Assembly: GCA_963662435.1 (NCBI GenBank)
Contig: OY759598.1
Coordinates: 2,512,507 to 2,576,506, forward strand
From: Dehalococcoidia bacterium
Lineage (GTDB): Bacteria > Chloroflexota > Dehalococcoidia > Lucifugimonadales > VXLM01
Reading direction: 5' to 3'
Length of the DNA: 64,000 nucleotides
The notes under the pieces were generated by a model, which was not told where the DNA came from, made no database searches, and saw only the letters and a program-made list of their open reading frames with translations. Shown here piece after piece: positions 19,215 through 29,955 of this stretch. The translations under genes were made by a program, and so were the position numbers. How positions within the stretch are numbered: position 1 is the first letter of the stretch; each line of letters starts with the position of its first letter.

Positions 19215-19778
19215 ATGAGCAATCGATACAGCGATGAGTGGACGGCCAGTCTCCTGGACCCGGAACGGAGACTCAGTGGGCTGACTCCCTCAGAGCTCCT
19301 GCGCGAAGCGGGACTGCGTCCCGGAATGACGGTCGTGGACTACGGCTGCGGTCCCGGTCTCATAACCCTTCACGCCGCCGAAACGGTCGGCCCCGTCGGC
19401 AGGGTGTACGCACTCGACATCCACGAAGGCATGGTGTCGCTCGTCGAATCTAGAGCCGCGGATGCGGGACACGCGAACGTCACGGCGCTGCTCAACGATG
19501 GGCCGGAAGCCCCGTTGCCGGACGGCGTTACTGACCTCATCCTCTGCACGCTGGTGTTTCACTATCGTGAGTCGAGAGAAGAGAGGCAGGCCTTGGCCCT
19601 CGACCTCGCGCGACTGCTCAAACCCGGGGGCGCCCTGATGGTCGTCCAATGGGTCGATCGAGCACCGGCGGACGAGACACTCGATCTGCTGGAGTCCGCC
19701 GGACTCACGTGTGGGGAACCGTCCTCGGCAGTCAATCGTCAGTACAGGATGACGGCTACCAAACCCCGTATCCCGTAG
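19215..19778 (+). CDS. class I SAM-dependent methyltransferase
   Basis: VVDYGCGPG, VYALDI, LLKPGG. Confidence 0.85.
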   Translation: MSNRYSDEWTASLLDPERRLSGLTPSELLREAGLRPGMTVVDYGCGPGLITLHAAETVGPVGRVYALDIHEGMVSLVESRAADAGHANVTALLNDGPEAPLPDGVTDLILCTLVFHYRESREERQALALDLARLLKPGGALMVVQWVDRAPADETLDLLESAGLTCGEPSSAVNRQYRMTATKPRIP

Positions 19779-19795
19779 CGCCCCATCCAGCCTCG

Positions 19796-20323
19796 TCACA
19801 TGCCGTATGCCCGCCTGAGCAGGCGTTCGTACGAACGCGCCATGCTGATGAACCACGGGTCGGTCTCCGGGGCGAGGGGTGGCACGAGTATCGAGTGCCA
19901 GCCCGCACGGTTTGCGCCTACTATGTCGGTGAGGATGCGGTCGCCCACGAAGGCCCACTGCTCCGGCGGCACGTCGAAGTGTCGCTCTGCCTCGCGGTAC
20001 GGCAATGGGGAGGGCTTTCGCTTGCGAACGGGCACCACGTGCATGGGAAAGTGTTCGAGAAGCTCCTGCCGACGCCTGTCCGTGCAATTGGAGATGATGC
20101 AGACCCGGTCGGCAAACAGCCCGCGCATGACCTCGATGTTAATCAAGAGTTGCTCGTCGATGCCCATTCCGTGGAACCGGCACAACGTCTGATCGGCATC
20201 AAATCCAATGGCGCGTACGCCCCGGTCGTAAAGGGCGCGCGCGTCAATTTCGGCTATGCTCCCCGCCTGCTGGTCGGGGCGAAGGTCGTCCCTGCCGGGA
20301 AGCGCTTCGCTGAATAGCGTCAC
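19796..20323 (-). CDS. YqeG-family HAD IIIA phosphatase
   Basis: FDADQTL, IISN, RKP, VGDRILTDIVGANRAG; GTG start with GGAGG. Confidence 0.88.
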   Translation of the reverse strand: MTLFSEALPGRDDLRPDQQAGSIAEIDARALYDRGVRAIGFDADQTLCRFHGMGIDEQLLINIEVMRGLFADRVCIISNCTDRRRQELLEHFPMHVVPVRKRKPSPLPYREAERHFDVPPEQWAFVGDRILTDIVGANRAGWHSILVPPLAPETDPWFISMARSYERLLRRAYGM

Positions 20324-20462
20324 GAGGCCCCTCCGAGTGGTTGTTGAGCGTGTCGCGGCCCTAGTGTATCGTAGAACCACGGGGCATCGCTCAGAAGCGG
20401 TTTGATCCCATGGACGGCCTCACCGCCTGGTATCCCTGGACTCACTTCACTCCGGACAGCAC

Positions 20463-21482
20463 GTGTACGAAAGCGACGAATACGACAACCGGCCGGATCC
20501 CTACGTACCCATGCCTGACTTGGTGCGAAGGCCCTACCTGACCTATGCGCTGCTGGCCATCAACGTCGTCGTTTTCGGTCTCGCGCAGCTTGCGGGCGGG
20601 ACGGAAGACCCCGATGTCCTTCTCGACTTCGGCGCCATGTTCGGCCCGCTCATTTCCGAGGGCGAGTATTGGCGACTCTTCACGGCGATGTTCCTTCACT
20701 CAGGCTTCATGCACCTGGGATTCAACGCGCTCGGCCTCTTCATCTTCGGGCAGACGGTGGAACGAGCTTACGGTCACCAGCGCTTCTTCCTGTTGTACAT
20801 CCTGGCGGGACTTGCCGGCAGCGTCACGAGCTATCTGTTCAATTCGATCGCCATAGCCGCGGGGGCGAGCGGCGCAATCTTCGGGATCGTCGGCGCGCTC
20901 GCGGCCTACTTCGTGATACAACGCAAGACGTTCGGCAAACACGCACAGCAAAGCCTCATCGGCATAGGAGTCATCGTCGCGATAAACGTCTTCATCGGCC
21001 TGTCGACCCCCGGAATCGACAACTGGGCGCACGGTGGTGGACTCGTCGCGGGGTTCGTTCTCGGGCTGACGCTCTCGCCTCAGTACATGAGTGCTCGCAC
21101 CATGTTCGGCAGCCAGGTGATCGTCAACACCACGGGGTCGCTCATCCTCAAGTGGTGGGTCGTCCCGGCGAGCCTGGCCATACTGGCCCTCGGAGTCATC
21201 GTCGCAGACCTCAGGCTGCCTGATAACGAATATACCCACTATTTCAGGGCCGAGAGGTACTATTCGCAGGGCGATGTCTCCCGCGCGCTCGACGAACTGG
21301 TGCTGGCGATAGAGTCCAACCCAATGGCAGCCGGCCAGGCGCACTTGCTGCGCGGCAAGATCTACATCGAGGCTGGCAACTACGAGCTAGCGCGGCAGGA
21401 GTTGGCCATGGCCCTTCGGCTTGGGAGTCGGAGAGTTCAGGCCGAAGCGCTGAACACTATTCGGGCAATACCCAGCAGGTGA
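20463..21482 (+). CDS. rhomboid intramembrane serine protease with C-terminal TPR
   Basis: YWRLFTAMFLH, HLGFN, GASGAIFG, IDNWAHGGG; start uncertain (20463 or 20511). Confidence 0.92.
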   Translation: MYESDEYDNRPDPYVPMPDLVRRPYLTYALLAINVVVFGLAQLAGGTEDPDVLLDFGAMFGPLISEGEYWRLFTAMFLHSGFMHLGFNALGLFIFGQTVERAYGHQRFFLLYILAGLAGSVTSYLFNSIAIAAGASGAIFGIVGALAAYFVIQRKTFGKHAQQSLIGIGVIVAINVFIGLSTPGIDNWAHGGGLVAGFVLGLTLSPQYMSARTMFGSQVIVNTTGSLILKWWVVPASLAILALGVIVADLRLPDNEYTHYFRAERYYSQGDVSRALDELVLAIESNPMAAGQAHLLRGKIYIEAGNYELARQELAMALRLGSRRVQAEALNTIRAIPSR

Positions 21483-21593
21483 TCGGGAGGGAGAAGAATC
21501 CCGGATTACCGCCTTCATGGGAATCACCTTGGGCTTGCGAAGGCCATATAAGGGGATGAAAGCGGGAATCGAACCGTGGACGGCTCAATTCTG

Positions 21594-21720
21594 CCCTTCG
21601 ACAAGCTCAGGGCGAACGTACTCGCCATATTTGTTTTCATAGCAATCGCTAATGTCGGTTGTCACCGACACCACCAATCATGAAAATGGCGGTAAGGGCG
21701 ATTCGTGAATCGCCCCTACA
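21594..21720. repeat. cluster of three REP-like elements
   Basis: cccttcgacaagctcagggcgaacg (21594-21618); ttttcat...gtcgg-ttgtca-ccgac..atgaaaatgg (21634-21689); gggcgattcgtgaatcgccc (21696-21715). Confidence 0.75.
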
Positions 21721-21821
21721 GGGAGGTTGGACGGGGGGTATTTTGGGGTGGAATGGTGGTCAGGAATTCGAAGGGACGAAAGGTTGGGAAGGGGGGGGGC
21801 GCTCGTTCAACTCAACCCGCT

Positions 21822-23132
21822 CTACGCCGACTTCTGCTCCCAGAGCGGGAGTGGCATGACCTTGCCGTCCTCGCGCACGAGATGGACGCAATTGGTCGTG
21901 AGGATGGACTCGTCGTCAACCACACAGCGCGAAACGCCGGTGAGCGTTGGAAGCTCGTACATGACATCGAGCAGCGTCTCTTCGAGAATCGCGCGGAGTC
22001 CGCGCGCGCCCGTTCCCCGCTCGATTGCCAGGTCAGCGGCGGCTTCGAGCGCCTCCTGGGTGAATTCCAGCTCGACGCCGTCCATCTTGAAGAGGCTCTG
22101 GTACTGCTTCACAAAGGCGTTCTTCGGTTCTGTCAGGACCTGCACGAGCGCCTCCTTATCGAGGCTCTGAAGGCCGACCGATATCGGCAGACGTCCGACG
22201 AGCTCGGGAATGAAGCCGTAATCCAGCAGGTCGTCGCCGATGACGTGATCGAGCAGGTTCGCGCCGTCCTCGGACAGACCGTCCGAAGACTTGCCGGTGG
22301 AGTTGAAGCCGAGAGTGACCCTGCCCTTGGAGAGGCGTCCGTCGACGATTTCGTTCAACCCCTCGAACGCGCCGCCGCACAGGAAGAGGATGTCGTCCGT
22401 CTTGATCTGCACGAAGTCCTGGTGTGGATGCTTGCGCCCGCCCTGCGGCGGGACGTTGGAGATGCACCCCTCGATGATCTTCAACAGCGCCTGCTGGACG
22501 CCTTCGCCTGAGACGTCGCGCGTGATCGAAGGGTTCGGACTCTTGCGGGCGATCTTATCGAACTCGTCGATATAGATGATGCCCTGCTGTGCCTTTTCGA
22601 TGTCGAAATCTGCAGCCTGTATCAGCCGGAGGAGGATGTTCTCTACGTCCTCCCCGACGTACCCCGCCTCGGTGAGCGAGGTCGCGTCCGCGATTGCGAA
22701 GGGAACTTCCAGTACCTTCGCCAGCGTCTGCGCGAGGAGGGTCTTGCCGGAGCCCGCGGGCCCCATCATGAGGATGTTCGCCTTCTGCAGTTCCACGTCG
22801 GGCGACGGCATGAGGTTTGACGTGATCCGCTTGTAGTGGTTGTACACCGCCACGCTCAGGACCTTCTTCGATCGATCCTGCCCTACCACGTACTCGTCGA
22901 GCTTGCGGTAGATCCAACGCGGAGTGACGCTCTTGGAGAGGATTTCCTTGGTGGCCGGCTGCCGGGCAGGAGCCTGGCTCTCCTCGGTCATGATCTGTCC
23001 GCACAGGCCTATGCACTCGTCGCAAATGAACACCCTGTCAGGTCCGGCAAATATTCGCTTAACTTGCTGCTGCGACTTGCCGCAGAATGAGCACTTGTAG
23101 TTGCTCGTGTCGCCTGTCCGTGCTGTCGTCAT
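21822..23132 (-). CDS. clpX: ATP-dependent Clp protease ATP-binding subunit
   Basis: CSFCGK zinc finger, [36 protein letters not shown] loop. Confidence 0.97.
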   Translation of the reverse strand: MTTARTGDTSNYKCSFCGKSQQQVKRIFAGPDRVFICDECIGLCGQIMTEESQAPARQPATKEILSKSVTPRWIYRKLDEYVVGQDRSKKVLSVAVYNHYKRITSNLMPSPDVELQKANILMMGPAGSGKTLLAQTLAKVLEVPFAIADATSLTEAGYVGEDVENILLRLIQAADFDIEKAQQGIIYIDEFDKIARKSPNPSITRDVSGEGVQQALLKIIEGCISNVPPQGGRKHPHQDFVQIKTDDILFLCGGAFEGLNEIVDGRLSKGRVTLGFNSTGKSSDGLSEDGANLLDHVIGDDLLDYGFIPELVGRLPISVGLQSLDKEALVQVLTEPKNAFVKQYQSLFKMDGVELEFTQEALEAAADLAIERGTGARGLRAILEETLLDVMYELPTLTGVSRCVVDDESILTTNCVHLVREDGKVMPLPLWEQKSA

Positions 23133-23176
23133 TTGCCCCTCTTCCATGCTCCCAACGATTCGAACCCTGTCCTAAC

Positions 23177-23209
23177 GAAACCGCCCCCCGGTTCTACTCG
23201 GGGGGCGGT
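23177..23209 (-). terminator. GC-rich hairpin between clpP and clpX (terminator/attenuator-like)
   Basis: 10-bp perfect stem ccgccccccg/cggggggcgg followed by TTTCGTT on the minus strand. Confidence 0.6.
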
Positions 23210-23225
23210 GCTTTCGATCGTTGTG

Positions 23226-23852
23226 CTAGGACTTATCGCCCATATGCTCAATCTCTTCGCTTGATACTACTTCGTCGACGATCCCGTAGTCCTTGGCCTC
23301 TTCCGCGTTCATGAAGAAATCGCGGTCGGAGTCCTTGGCTACCCGGTCGTACGTCTGGCCAGTCGTGTCCGAGATGATGCGTCGGACTCGGTCTTCGAGC
23401 CGAAGCGTCTCACGGGCCCATATTTCAATATCCGACGCCTGGCCCTGCGTCCCGCCCATGGCCTGGTGCATGTGGACGGTGGAGTTCGGAAGCGCAAACC
23501 GCTTGCCCTTGGCGCCCGCGGTCAGGAGCACCGTCGACATGCTCATGGCCGACCCGACGCAGTAGGTCTGCACATCGGGCTTGACGAGCTGCATGGTGTC
23601 GTAGATAGCGAGGCCGTCGTAAATGTAGCCGCCGGGGGAGTTGATGTACATGAGGATATCGCGGTCGGGGTCCTCGCTGTCGAGGTACAGAAGCTGGGCG
23701 ACGATGGCGTTTGCGACCTGATCATTAATGGGAGTGCCCAGGAAGATGATGCGCTTGCGAAGCAGAAGCGAATAGATGTCGTATGCGCGCTCGCCTCTTG
23801 CGCTCGTCTCCACCACCATCGGCAGAACGTTTTCGAAGTTCGGTGTCCGCAC
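23226..23852 (-). CDS. clpP: Clp protease proteolytic subunit
   Basis: [19 protein letters not shown] (Ser), HMHQ (His), DRDFF (Asp). Confidence 0.95.
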   Translation of the reverse strand: MRTPNFENVLPMVVETSARGERAYDIYSLLLRKRIIFLGTPINDQVANAIVAQLLYLDSEDPDRDILMYINSPGGYIYDGLAIYDTMQLVKPDVQTYCVGSAMSMSTVLLTAGAKGKRFALPNSTVHMHQAMGGTQGQASDIEIWARETLRLEDRVRRIISDTTGQTYDRVAKDSDRDFFMNAEEAKDYGIVDEVVSSEEIEHMGDKS

Positions 23853-23898
23853 GTGTGTCTCCTTAGTACTCTTTCGGGTGCTCTGAGCGGGAGGTTCT

Positions 23899-24543
23899 TT
23901 ACTCTGAACCGTTCACTGCCGGGGAAGTGTCATAGCCCACAGGCATTGACGATACGATCTCGTCGACGATCCCGTACTCCTTTGCCTCTTCGGCGTTCAG
24001 GTAGAAGTCGCGGTCGGAGTCGCGCGCGACCCGGTCGTAGGGCTGCCCCGTCGTGTCGGCGATGATCTCACGCAGGCGGTCCTTGAGTCGCAGAATCTCG
24101 CGGGCGTGGATCTCCACATCGGACGCCTGGCCCTGCGCTCCGCCTAGTGGCTGGTGCATGTGTATTGTCGAACTGGGCAAGGCGTAGCGCTTGCCTTTGG
24201 CTCCGGCGGTTAGCAGCACGGTCCCCATGCTTCTGGCTGCCCCGACGCAGTAGGTGCGAACGTCGGAGTTGATGAGCTGCATCGCGTCGTATATCGCAAG
24301 GCCCGCGTAGATGACGCCGCCGGGAGAGTTGATGTACATGAGGATGTCGGACTCAGGGTCCTCGCTGTCGAGGTAGAGAAGCTGCGCGACGACGGCGTTG
24401 GCCACCTGATCATCTATCGCCGAACCCAGGAAAATGATGCGCTTGCGGAGAAGGAGCGAGTAGATGTTGTACTCTTCCTTCTTGCCATTGGCGTTCGTCT
24501 CAACCACCGTTGGAACGGCGTTTTGGAATGTCGATGTCAGCAC
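23899..24543 (-). CDS. clpP: Clp protease proteolytic subunit (second paralog)
   Basis: YINSPGG, ARSMG, HMHQP, DRDFY. Confidence 0.95.
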   Translation of the reverse strand: MLTSTFQNAVPTVVETNANGKKEEYNIYSLLLRKRIIFLGSAIDDQVANAVVAQLLYLDSEDPESDILMYINSPGGVIYAGLAIYDAMQLINSDVRTYCVGAARSMGTVLLTAGAKGKRYALPSSTIHMHQPLGGAQGQASDVEIHAREILRLKDRLREIIADTTGQPYDRVARDSDRDFYLNAEEAKEYGIVDEIVSSMPVGYDTSPAVNGSE

Positions 24544-24623
24544 GAATTTCTCCTCATTGCGCGTAGTTCCGGATACTCGGAGCCGCCCCTCGCTCGCCCT
24601 TTTCCTTCGCAGCCGAACGCCAA

Positions 24624-25982
24624 CTAAGCCGTTGACTGCGCCACGACCTCCGCTTCGTCTTCCTCTTGAGGCTCGCCCTCTTCCTCACCTTCACCCGCCT
24701 GTCCCTTGGCTATGTGCACGAGCCTTTCCAGGGCCTTTTCGATGAGAAGCGACTCTCGGACGGACGACTTCACGCGCTCGGAGCGCAGCTCCTTGCTCGT
24801 GAGTTTGCGCCCGGTCGACTCGTCTCCTTCTCTGGCAAGCTGCTTGAGCCGATCATCGAGCTCATCGCTGGAGATCTCGAGTGACTCCTTATCGATGAAT
24901 GAGCTGATTGCGTGGGAGCGATTGAGCTTTTCGACCGCCTCCTCGTGCATCTCGTCGCGGATCTGCTCCGCAGTCTTGCCGGTGAAGCGGTTGTAGTCTT
25001 CCTCGCTGATGCCCAGGCGCTTCATCATCTCGTCGCGCCGCTCTTCCATGTGCTCGATCTCATGTTGAATGAGGAGGGGAGCGATCTCCATGTCGGCATT
25101 CACGACCAGTTCTTCGATTGCCAACTCGCGGTATTCATGCTCGTTTTGACGTACGGTCGCGTCCTGTATGTCCTCTCGAAGCCGCTCCTTGAGGTCGTCC
25201 AGGGTCTCGCATTCGTCCCTGACACTCTGGGCGAACTCATCGTCCAGTTCAGGAAGGAGGCGCTGTTTCACGTCCGAAATCGTTACTTCGAATGTAACCT
25301 GCTTGCCCGCAAGCTCGCTGTCGGCGTAGTCGCCGGGAATATCGAGGGTGAACTCCGTGGCCTTGTCGACCTCCAGGCCTTCCAATTCGGCCGCAAAGCC
25401 TGCGAAGGGCAGGGTGGAGGACGGGTCCACGAGGTATTGGGAATCGCTCTCGTCGATGATCTTCAGCTCGTCGATCATTCCGACGACGCTCATGGTGACA
25501 AGATCGTCGTGGGCCACCGGTCGCTCGACCGGTTCCCAGGACGACTGCTGCTGGCGAAGCGCGTCCAACTCCTGCTCGACGTCCTCGTCGCTCACGTCTA
25601 CGGGGTCCTCTTCGACGCGAATGTCGCCGTATTCTCCCAGGTCGATAACCGGGTTCAAGGCGACAACGGCCTCAACGGTTACCGGATCGAATTCGACATT
25701 GTCAATCTGAGGGAAGCCTACGCTGTCGATCCCCTCTTCTTCGACGGCCTTCGTAATGACGTCGGCCACGAGGAAATCGAGCGACTCGGAGATGAGGCCT
25801 TCACGTCCGACCATGCCCTCGACGACTTTGCGGGGCGCCTTGCCGGGTCGGAAGCCTGGTATGCGCATCTTTCCGACGACCTGTCGAAATCCACGCTCTA
25901 CGTACGGCTCAAGGTCATCGTCGTCCAACTCGATTCGGAGCGTGACTTGGCGCTCCTCGACTTCACCTTGAGTTACTTTCAC
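24624..25982 (-). CDS. tig: trigger factor
   Basis: IPGFRPGKAP ribosome-binding motif, LPELDDEFA; upstream of clpP; GTG start with AGGGAG. Confidence 0.95.
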   Translation of the reverse strand: MKVTQGEVEERQVTLRIELDDDDLEPYVERGFRQVVGKMRIPGFRPGKAPRKVVEGMVGREGLISESLDFLVADVITKAVEEEGIDSVGFPQIDNVEFDPVTVEAVVALNPVIDLGEYGDIRVEEDPVDVSDEDVEQELDALRQQQSSWEPVERPVAHDDLVTMSVVGMIDELKIIDESDSQYLVDPSSTLPFAGFAAELEGLEVDKATEFTLDIPGDYADSELAGKQVTFEVTISDVKQRLLPELDDEFAQSVRDECETLDDLKERLREDIQDATVRQNEHEYRELAIEELVVNADMEIAPLLIQHEIEHMEERRDEMMKRLGISEEDYNRFTGKTAEQIRDEMHEEAVEKLNRSHAISSFIDKESLEISSDELDDRLKQLAREGDESTGRKLTSKELRSERVKSSVRESLLIEKALERLVHIAKGQAGEGEEEGEPQEEDEAEVVAQSTA

Positions 25983-26074
25983 GTGGGCTCCCTGCGCGTG
26001 TTCGTTCAAACCTATGAGTCGATTATATCAGACCGAAATTTCGGGGGGGAACGATTTTGACATACCGCTAAACG

Positions 26075-27370
26075 TCAGTCTTGGTTGTCGATCTCGTCCG
26101 GCTGACGGTGCTTGGTGACGCGGAGACCCTCAATCTTAAGGTTGTCCATCTCTATGATCTCGACGGACACGTTGTCGGCATCAAACGTTTCTCCCTCTGT
26201 GGGGATGTGCCCCAATCGTTCGAGCGCCCACCCGGCCACCGTCTCGAAGTCTCCCTCTTCAATGTCCAACTCCAGCCTGTCGCGGGCCTCGTCGATGCTC
26301 ATGCCGCCGTCGACCTCATACGTGTCCTGGCCGACGAGGGTCAGTTCTTCCTCGGTCCCGACACCCTCCTCGCCGACACGGCCCATTACGTCCTCGATGA
26401 GTTGCTTGAGCGTGACGAGCCCGGCGACTCCGCCGAACTCATCGACCGCGATGGCCATCTGGTTGCCCGAAGTGCGAAGCTCGTCGAAGACCTCGGCGAT
26501 GCGCTTGGTCTCCGGCACGAAGTGCACGTCGCGGATCACGTCGGTCACCGAATCGTCGTCCGAGAGCTTGCTAACAGCCAGCGACCGCATGATGTCCTTC
26601 AGGGACAGCACACCGACCACGTTGTCCGTCGTATCCCAGTAGACGGGGAAGCGGGTGTGCGAGTGCTCGGAGTACGTCTGCAGGAACTCCTTCACAGTGG
26701 AGCCGCGCTGGACGAAGATGATCTCCGTGCGCGGAGTCATGACGTCGCGTACCTGCCGGTCTCCGAAACGGAACACGCCCCTGAGCCGCTCGGCCTCGTC
26801 TTCCTCGAACTCTCCCTCGCCCACGCCGATGTCAATCAGCGTGCGAAACTCTCCCTCCGTTATCGAAGGCTGTTCTTCCTGCGCCCCACCCACCCGGCGG
26901 CTGAGCTTCTTCGTGATCCATTGGAGAATCAAGACGAATGGCAGCAGGAGGTACTCTCCCCACTTGAGTGGATAGGAGTACAGGAACGCGAGCCTCTCCG
27001 AGTTCCGAACGGCAATGGTCTTTGGAATCGTCTCGCCCAGCAGCAGCAGCGTAACCGTGCCGAGTATGGTGGCAATGACTACTCCGAGTCCCTCGTTATC
27101 CCGACCCACGCGATCAACGACCACAACCGTGATCACCGCGCTGAATGCCACGTTGACCAAATTGTTGCCGAGCAGGATGGTGGATAGCAGCCTCTCGGGC
27201 TCATCGAGCATGTCGGCCACCCGGCGTGCGCCGGGCACGCCTTCTCTTAATAAGTGCGCGATCCTCGTCTTCTGAAGGGAGAGGAAGGCCGCTTCCGAAC
27301 TGGAGAAGAAGGCGGACAGCACCAGAAAGGCCAATAGAAGAGCAATACTGGCTACTTCGTTACCTGGCAT
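26075..27370 (-). CDS. HlyC/CorC (CNNM-CBS-CorC) hemolysin-family Mg2+/Co2+ transport protein
   Basis: SAFFSSSE.A, LLGNNLVN, GETIPK, VMTPRTE, HTRFPVY, VDEFGG. Confidence 0.92.
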   Translation of the reverse strand: MPGNEVASIALLLAFLVLSAFFSSSEAAFLSLQKTRIAHLLREGVPGARRVADMLDEPERLLSTILLGNNLVNVAFSAVITVVVVDRVGRDNEGLGVVIATILGTVTLLLLGETIPKTIAVRNSERLAFLYSYPLKWGEYLLLPFVLILQWITKKLSRRVGGAQEEQPSITEGEFRTLIDIGVGEGEFEEDEAERLRGVFRFGDRQVRDVMTPRTEIIFVQRGSTVKEFLQTYSEHSHTRFPVYWDTTDNVVGVLSLKDIMRSLAVSKLSDDDSVTDVIRDVHFVPETKRIAEVFDELRTSGNQMAIAVDEFGGVAGLVTLKQLIEDVMGRVGEEGVGTEEELTLVGQDTYEVDGGMSIDEARDRLELDIEEGDFETVAGWALERLGHIPTEGETFDADNVSVEIIEMDNLKIEGLRVTKHRQPDEIDNQD

Positions 27371-27374
27371 GGCG

Positions 27375-27551
27375 TCAATTCCTCAAAATGAACTGGTGCA
27401 TGCAAAGCCCGCGAACGTTTGGGCCGGGGATGCAAATTGGCGTGTCGAACCTGACTGCGGTCGTAGGAGAAATGAGCGGGGAGCCGAAGCGCGCCGGCAT
27501 GGGCCGGGCCTCCGGCTTGGTAGATGGTGGTCTATCTGGATCGGAGTCCAT
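27375..27551 (-). CDS. putative Pro-rich leader peptide (58 aa) upstream of the CorC-family gene
   Basis: MDSDPDRPPSTKPEARPMPARFGSPLISPTTAVRFDTPICIPGPNVRGLCMHQFILRN*; stop is 4 nt before the downstream ATG. Confidence 0.45.
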   Translation of the reverse strand: MDSDPDRPPSTKPEARPMPARFGSPLISPTTAVRFDTPICIPGPNVRGLCMHQFILRN

Positions 27552-27696
27552 CTGTTCACTTTACATGAGACAGGTGAAGGAGGTAAAGCGCACCAGACCC
27601 GCCGCTCAACCTACGAGGCCGGTTACGAATCGGCTTGCATTGACTCGGATGCCGTTGTACATTCCGTTTCATACTGAGCCAGGAAGGCGTCCTGAC

Positions 27697-28752
27697 ATGA
27701 GACTGCATCTCCTTGTCGCACTTCTTTTGCTGATTGCCACAATGTCCTGCGCGAGAACAGACGAGGATGGGTCCTCTGCTCGCCTACAGAAGGTGCAGGA
27801 CAGGGGTGAAGTCGTCTGCGCGACGCTCGAGGATACCCCGGGATTCGGTTTCCTGGACGAGCAGGGCAGCCATGTAGGCTTCGATGTCGACCTGTGTCGC
27901 GCCGTCGCAGCGGCAACTCTCGGGGATGCCGACGCTGTCGAGTTGCGCACAATTGACGCAGCGGAGCGCGGCCCCGTCATGCAGGCGGGCGAGGTCGACC
28001 TGCTCGTTTGGGTGACGACGTGGACGAGCTCACGTGACGCCGCTTGGGGAGACTTCGTGCCGACCATGTTCTACGACGGCCAGGGGTTCATGGTGCCTGA
28101 CCGTCTAGGAGTGTCCAGCGCGTACGACCTGGGCGGTGCGGCAGTTTGCACGTTGTCCGGCACGACCAGCGAACTGAATGTGGAGGACTTCTTCCGCCAC
28201 AATCGGATGGAGTACAACCCATTGATCTTCGAGTCCGGCGACGTGGCGCTTGACGCCTACGCGAACGGGGTGTGCGACGTGTTCACCACGGACCGCTCCG
28301 CCCTCGCTGCGCTCAGGACCAGCCTTTCCAATCCCGAAGAGCACGTCATTCTCCCTGAGGTTATATCCGAGGAACCACTCTCCCCGCTCGTGCCGCACGG
28401 CGACAGCCAGTGGTTCGACATCGTGAAAACGGCGATGGGTATCCTGATCAATGCAGAGGCGCTGGGCGTGAATTCCGGCAACGTTTCGCAAATGGCGACC
28501 AGCGACAGCCCGAGGGTGAAGCGCCTGCTGGGAGTCGAGGGATCGTGGGGCCAAGCCGATCTCGGCCTTGACACGACGGTGGCGCAGACGGTCATAACCC
28601 AGGTGGGCAACTACGGGGAGATATACGACCGACACCTGGGCCCGAATGGGATCGGACTGCCGAGAGAGGGCGGCCGCAATGCGCTGTGGGCCGATGCCCC
28701 CTGCGTCGACTGCCCCAAGGGTGGACAGATTTACGCCGCGCCGCTGCGGTAG
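27697..28752 (+). CDS. amino acid ABC transporter substrate-binding lipoprotein (AapJ-like)
   Basis: Lipobox TMSC, GFDVDLCRAVAAA, TTWTSSRD, FYDGQGF, ISEEPL, VGNYGEIY, YAAPLR. Confidence 0.9.
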   Translation: MRLHLLVALLLLIATMSCARTDEDGSSARLQKVQDRGEVVCATLEDTPGFGFLDEQGSHVGFDVDLCRAVAAATLGDADAVELRTIDAAERGPVMQAGEVDLLVWVTTWTSSRDAAWGDFVPTMFYDGQGFMVPDRLGVSSAYDLGGAAVCTLSGTTSELNVEDFFRHNRMEYNPLIFESGDVALDAYANGVCDVFTTDRSALAALRTSLSNPEEHVILPEVISEEPLSPLVPHGDSQWFDIVKTAMGILINAEALGVNSGNVSQMATSDSPRVKRLLGVEGSWGQADLGLDTTVAQTVITQVGNYGEIYDRHLGPNGIGLPREGGRNALWADAPCVDCPKGGQIYAAPLR

Positions 28753-28761
28753 GGTGCTGCC

Positions 28762-28959
28762 TCAGCCGATCTCTATGTCACGGCGAGTGCGCTCTTCCTG
28801 AAGCAAGGTAGACGCCTCTACGCCAAGATCGGTCTTAGGGCGCTGAGCCAGACGGGCCTGCCACTTCTGCATATCCAACTTGCGCGTATCGCGAAGGGGC
28901 CCCTCGTCACACTCATCCGTCGCCGTATTGTCATTGAGATTAGTCATGCATTGACCCAA
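28762..28959 (-). CDS. small hypothetical protein, possible orphan antitoxin remnant
   Basis: C-terminus W.ARL..RP..DLG.EASTLLQEER..R resembles FitA/VapB-type tails; start uncertain. Confidence 0.35.
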   Translation of the reverse strand: MGQCMTNLNDNTATDECDEGPLRDTRKLDMQKWQARLAQRPKTDLGVEASTLLQEERTRRDIEIG

Positions 28960-29039
28960 TCAGGACTTCGGCTTGCATGGAAAAGGTCCGGCTCCAAATT
29001 TGAATGCGGGGCCGGAATCTATTGCGAGATCTTACCCGG

Positions 29040-29798
29040 CTACCCCTCCGGCAGGTACTGCACCTTCGCGGGATTCCACCGCACGAACTGCTCGCCGTAG
29101 CCGAAGCCGTTCACGTATCCGACCGCCCCGTCGATGCTTGCCATGAAGACATCCATCTTGGCTGTGAAGTCCTCATCGGGCTTGGTCTGCGTCGTGGCGA
29201 ACTCGGCCATCGCGTCCTTCTTCTTTTCGGCCACGTCCGTGATGTCCACTATTACGTCCGGTCCCTGCCTCGGCGTCGCCATCAAGACGTCCGAGCGGAT
29301 GTCCAGGTAGTACGCGAAGTAGACCTCTTTGACCGTGTGCGGCGCGAGCGGCGAGTCGAAACCGTCGGCGCGCACGTAGTCGACGCAGCGGACAGCAAAC
29401 TCGCCCGCGTCCATGTGATCGAACCGTCCGTACTCGAGGGGATGCTGCGTGATGACGATGTCCGGTTTGAACGACCGCATCAGCTCGATCACCGTCTTGT
29501 ACTCGTCAAACCCGAACATCGTCGGGTTCTCGGGAAAGTCGAGGAAGTGCCAGTGCTGCACGCCCAGGATGTCGGCGGCCCTGCCAAGCTCCTGCCGCTT
29601 CATCTCCTTGATCTTCTCGAAGTCCTTGAGCTTGTCCTCGCCCTCAGCGGGAAACACGTTGAAGGCGTGCGTTACGGCACCGGAGGTCAGGCTGACCCAC
29701 ATCACCTCGTCGCCCCGCTCGATATGCTTGGCCACCGTGCCGCCGGTACGCTCCGCCAGGTCCTGCGGATGCGCCGTAATCGCCATGAGTTTCGTCAA
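29040..29798 (-). CDS. PIG-L/LmbE family deacetylase
   Basis: AHPQD, SLTSG, ELGRAADILG, KPDIVITQ, DH, VDITD...KK.AM..F.TQ. Confidence 0.88.
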   Translation of the reverse strand: MTKLMAITAHPQDLAERTGGTVAKHIERGDEVMWVSLTSGAVTHAFNVFPAEGEDKLKDFEKIKEMKRQELGRAADILGVQHWHFLDFPENPTMFGFDEYKTVIELMRSFKPDIVITQHPLEYGRFDHMDAGEFAVRCVDYVRADGFDSPLAPHTVKEVYFAYYLDIRSDVLMATPRQGPDVIVDITDVAEKKKDAMAEFATTQTKPDEDFTAKMDVFMASIDGAVGYVNGFGYGEQFVRWNPAKVQYLPEG

Positions 29799-29955
29799 TG
29801 TCCGCCCTCCTGAGTGTTCTCACGCCCCAGCAGACCTATAGCCCGCGGAGCGCAGGGTAATGTACCACCTATGTCGATTGGGTGTCGAACGAGGCCCGTT
29901 TGCGGTCATCGCCCGTGCTGGATATCATAACTGCCCATCGGAGGTATTCCGCACT

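Noticed and set aside
21560..21580. tRNA T-arm-like GGTTCGATTCCC on the minus strand
   Set aside because: The T-stem does not pair and no cloverleaf forms.
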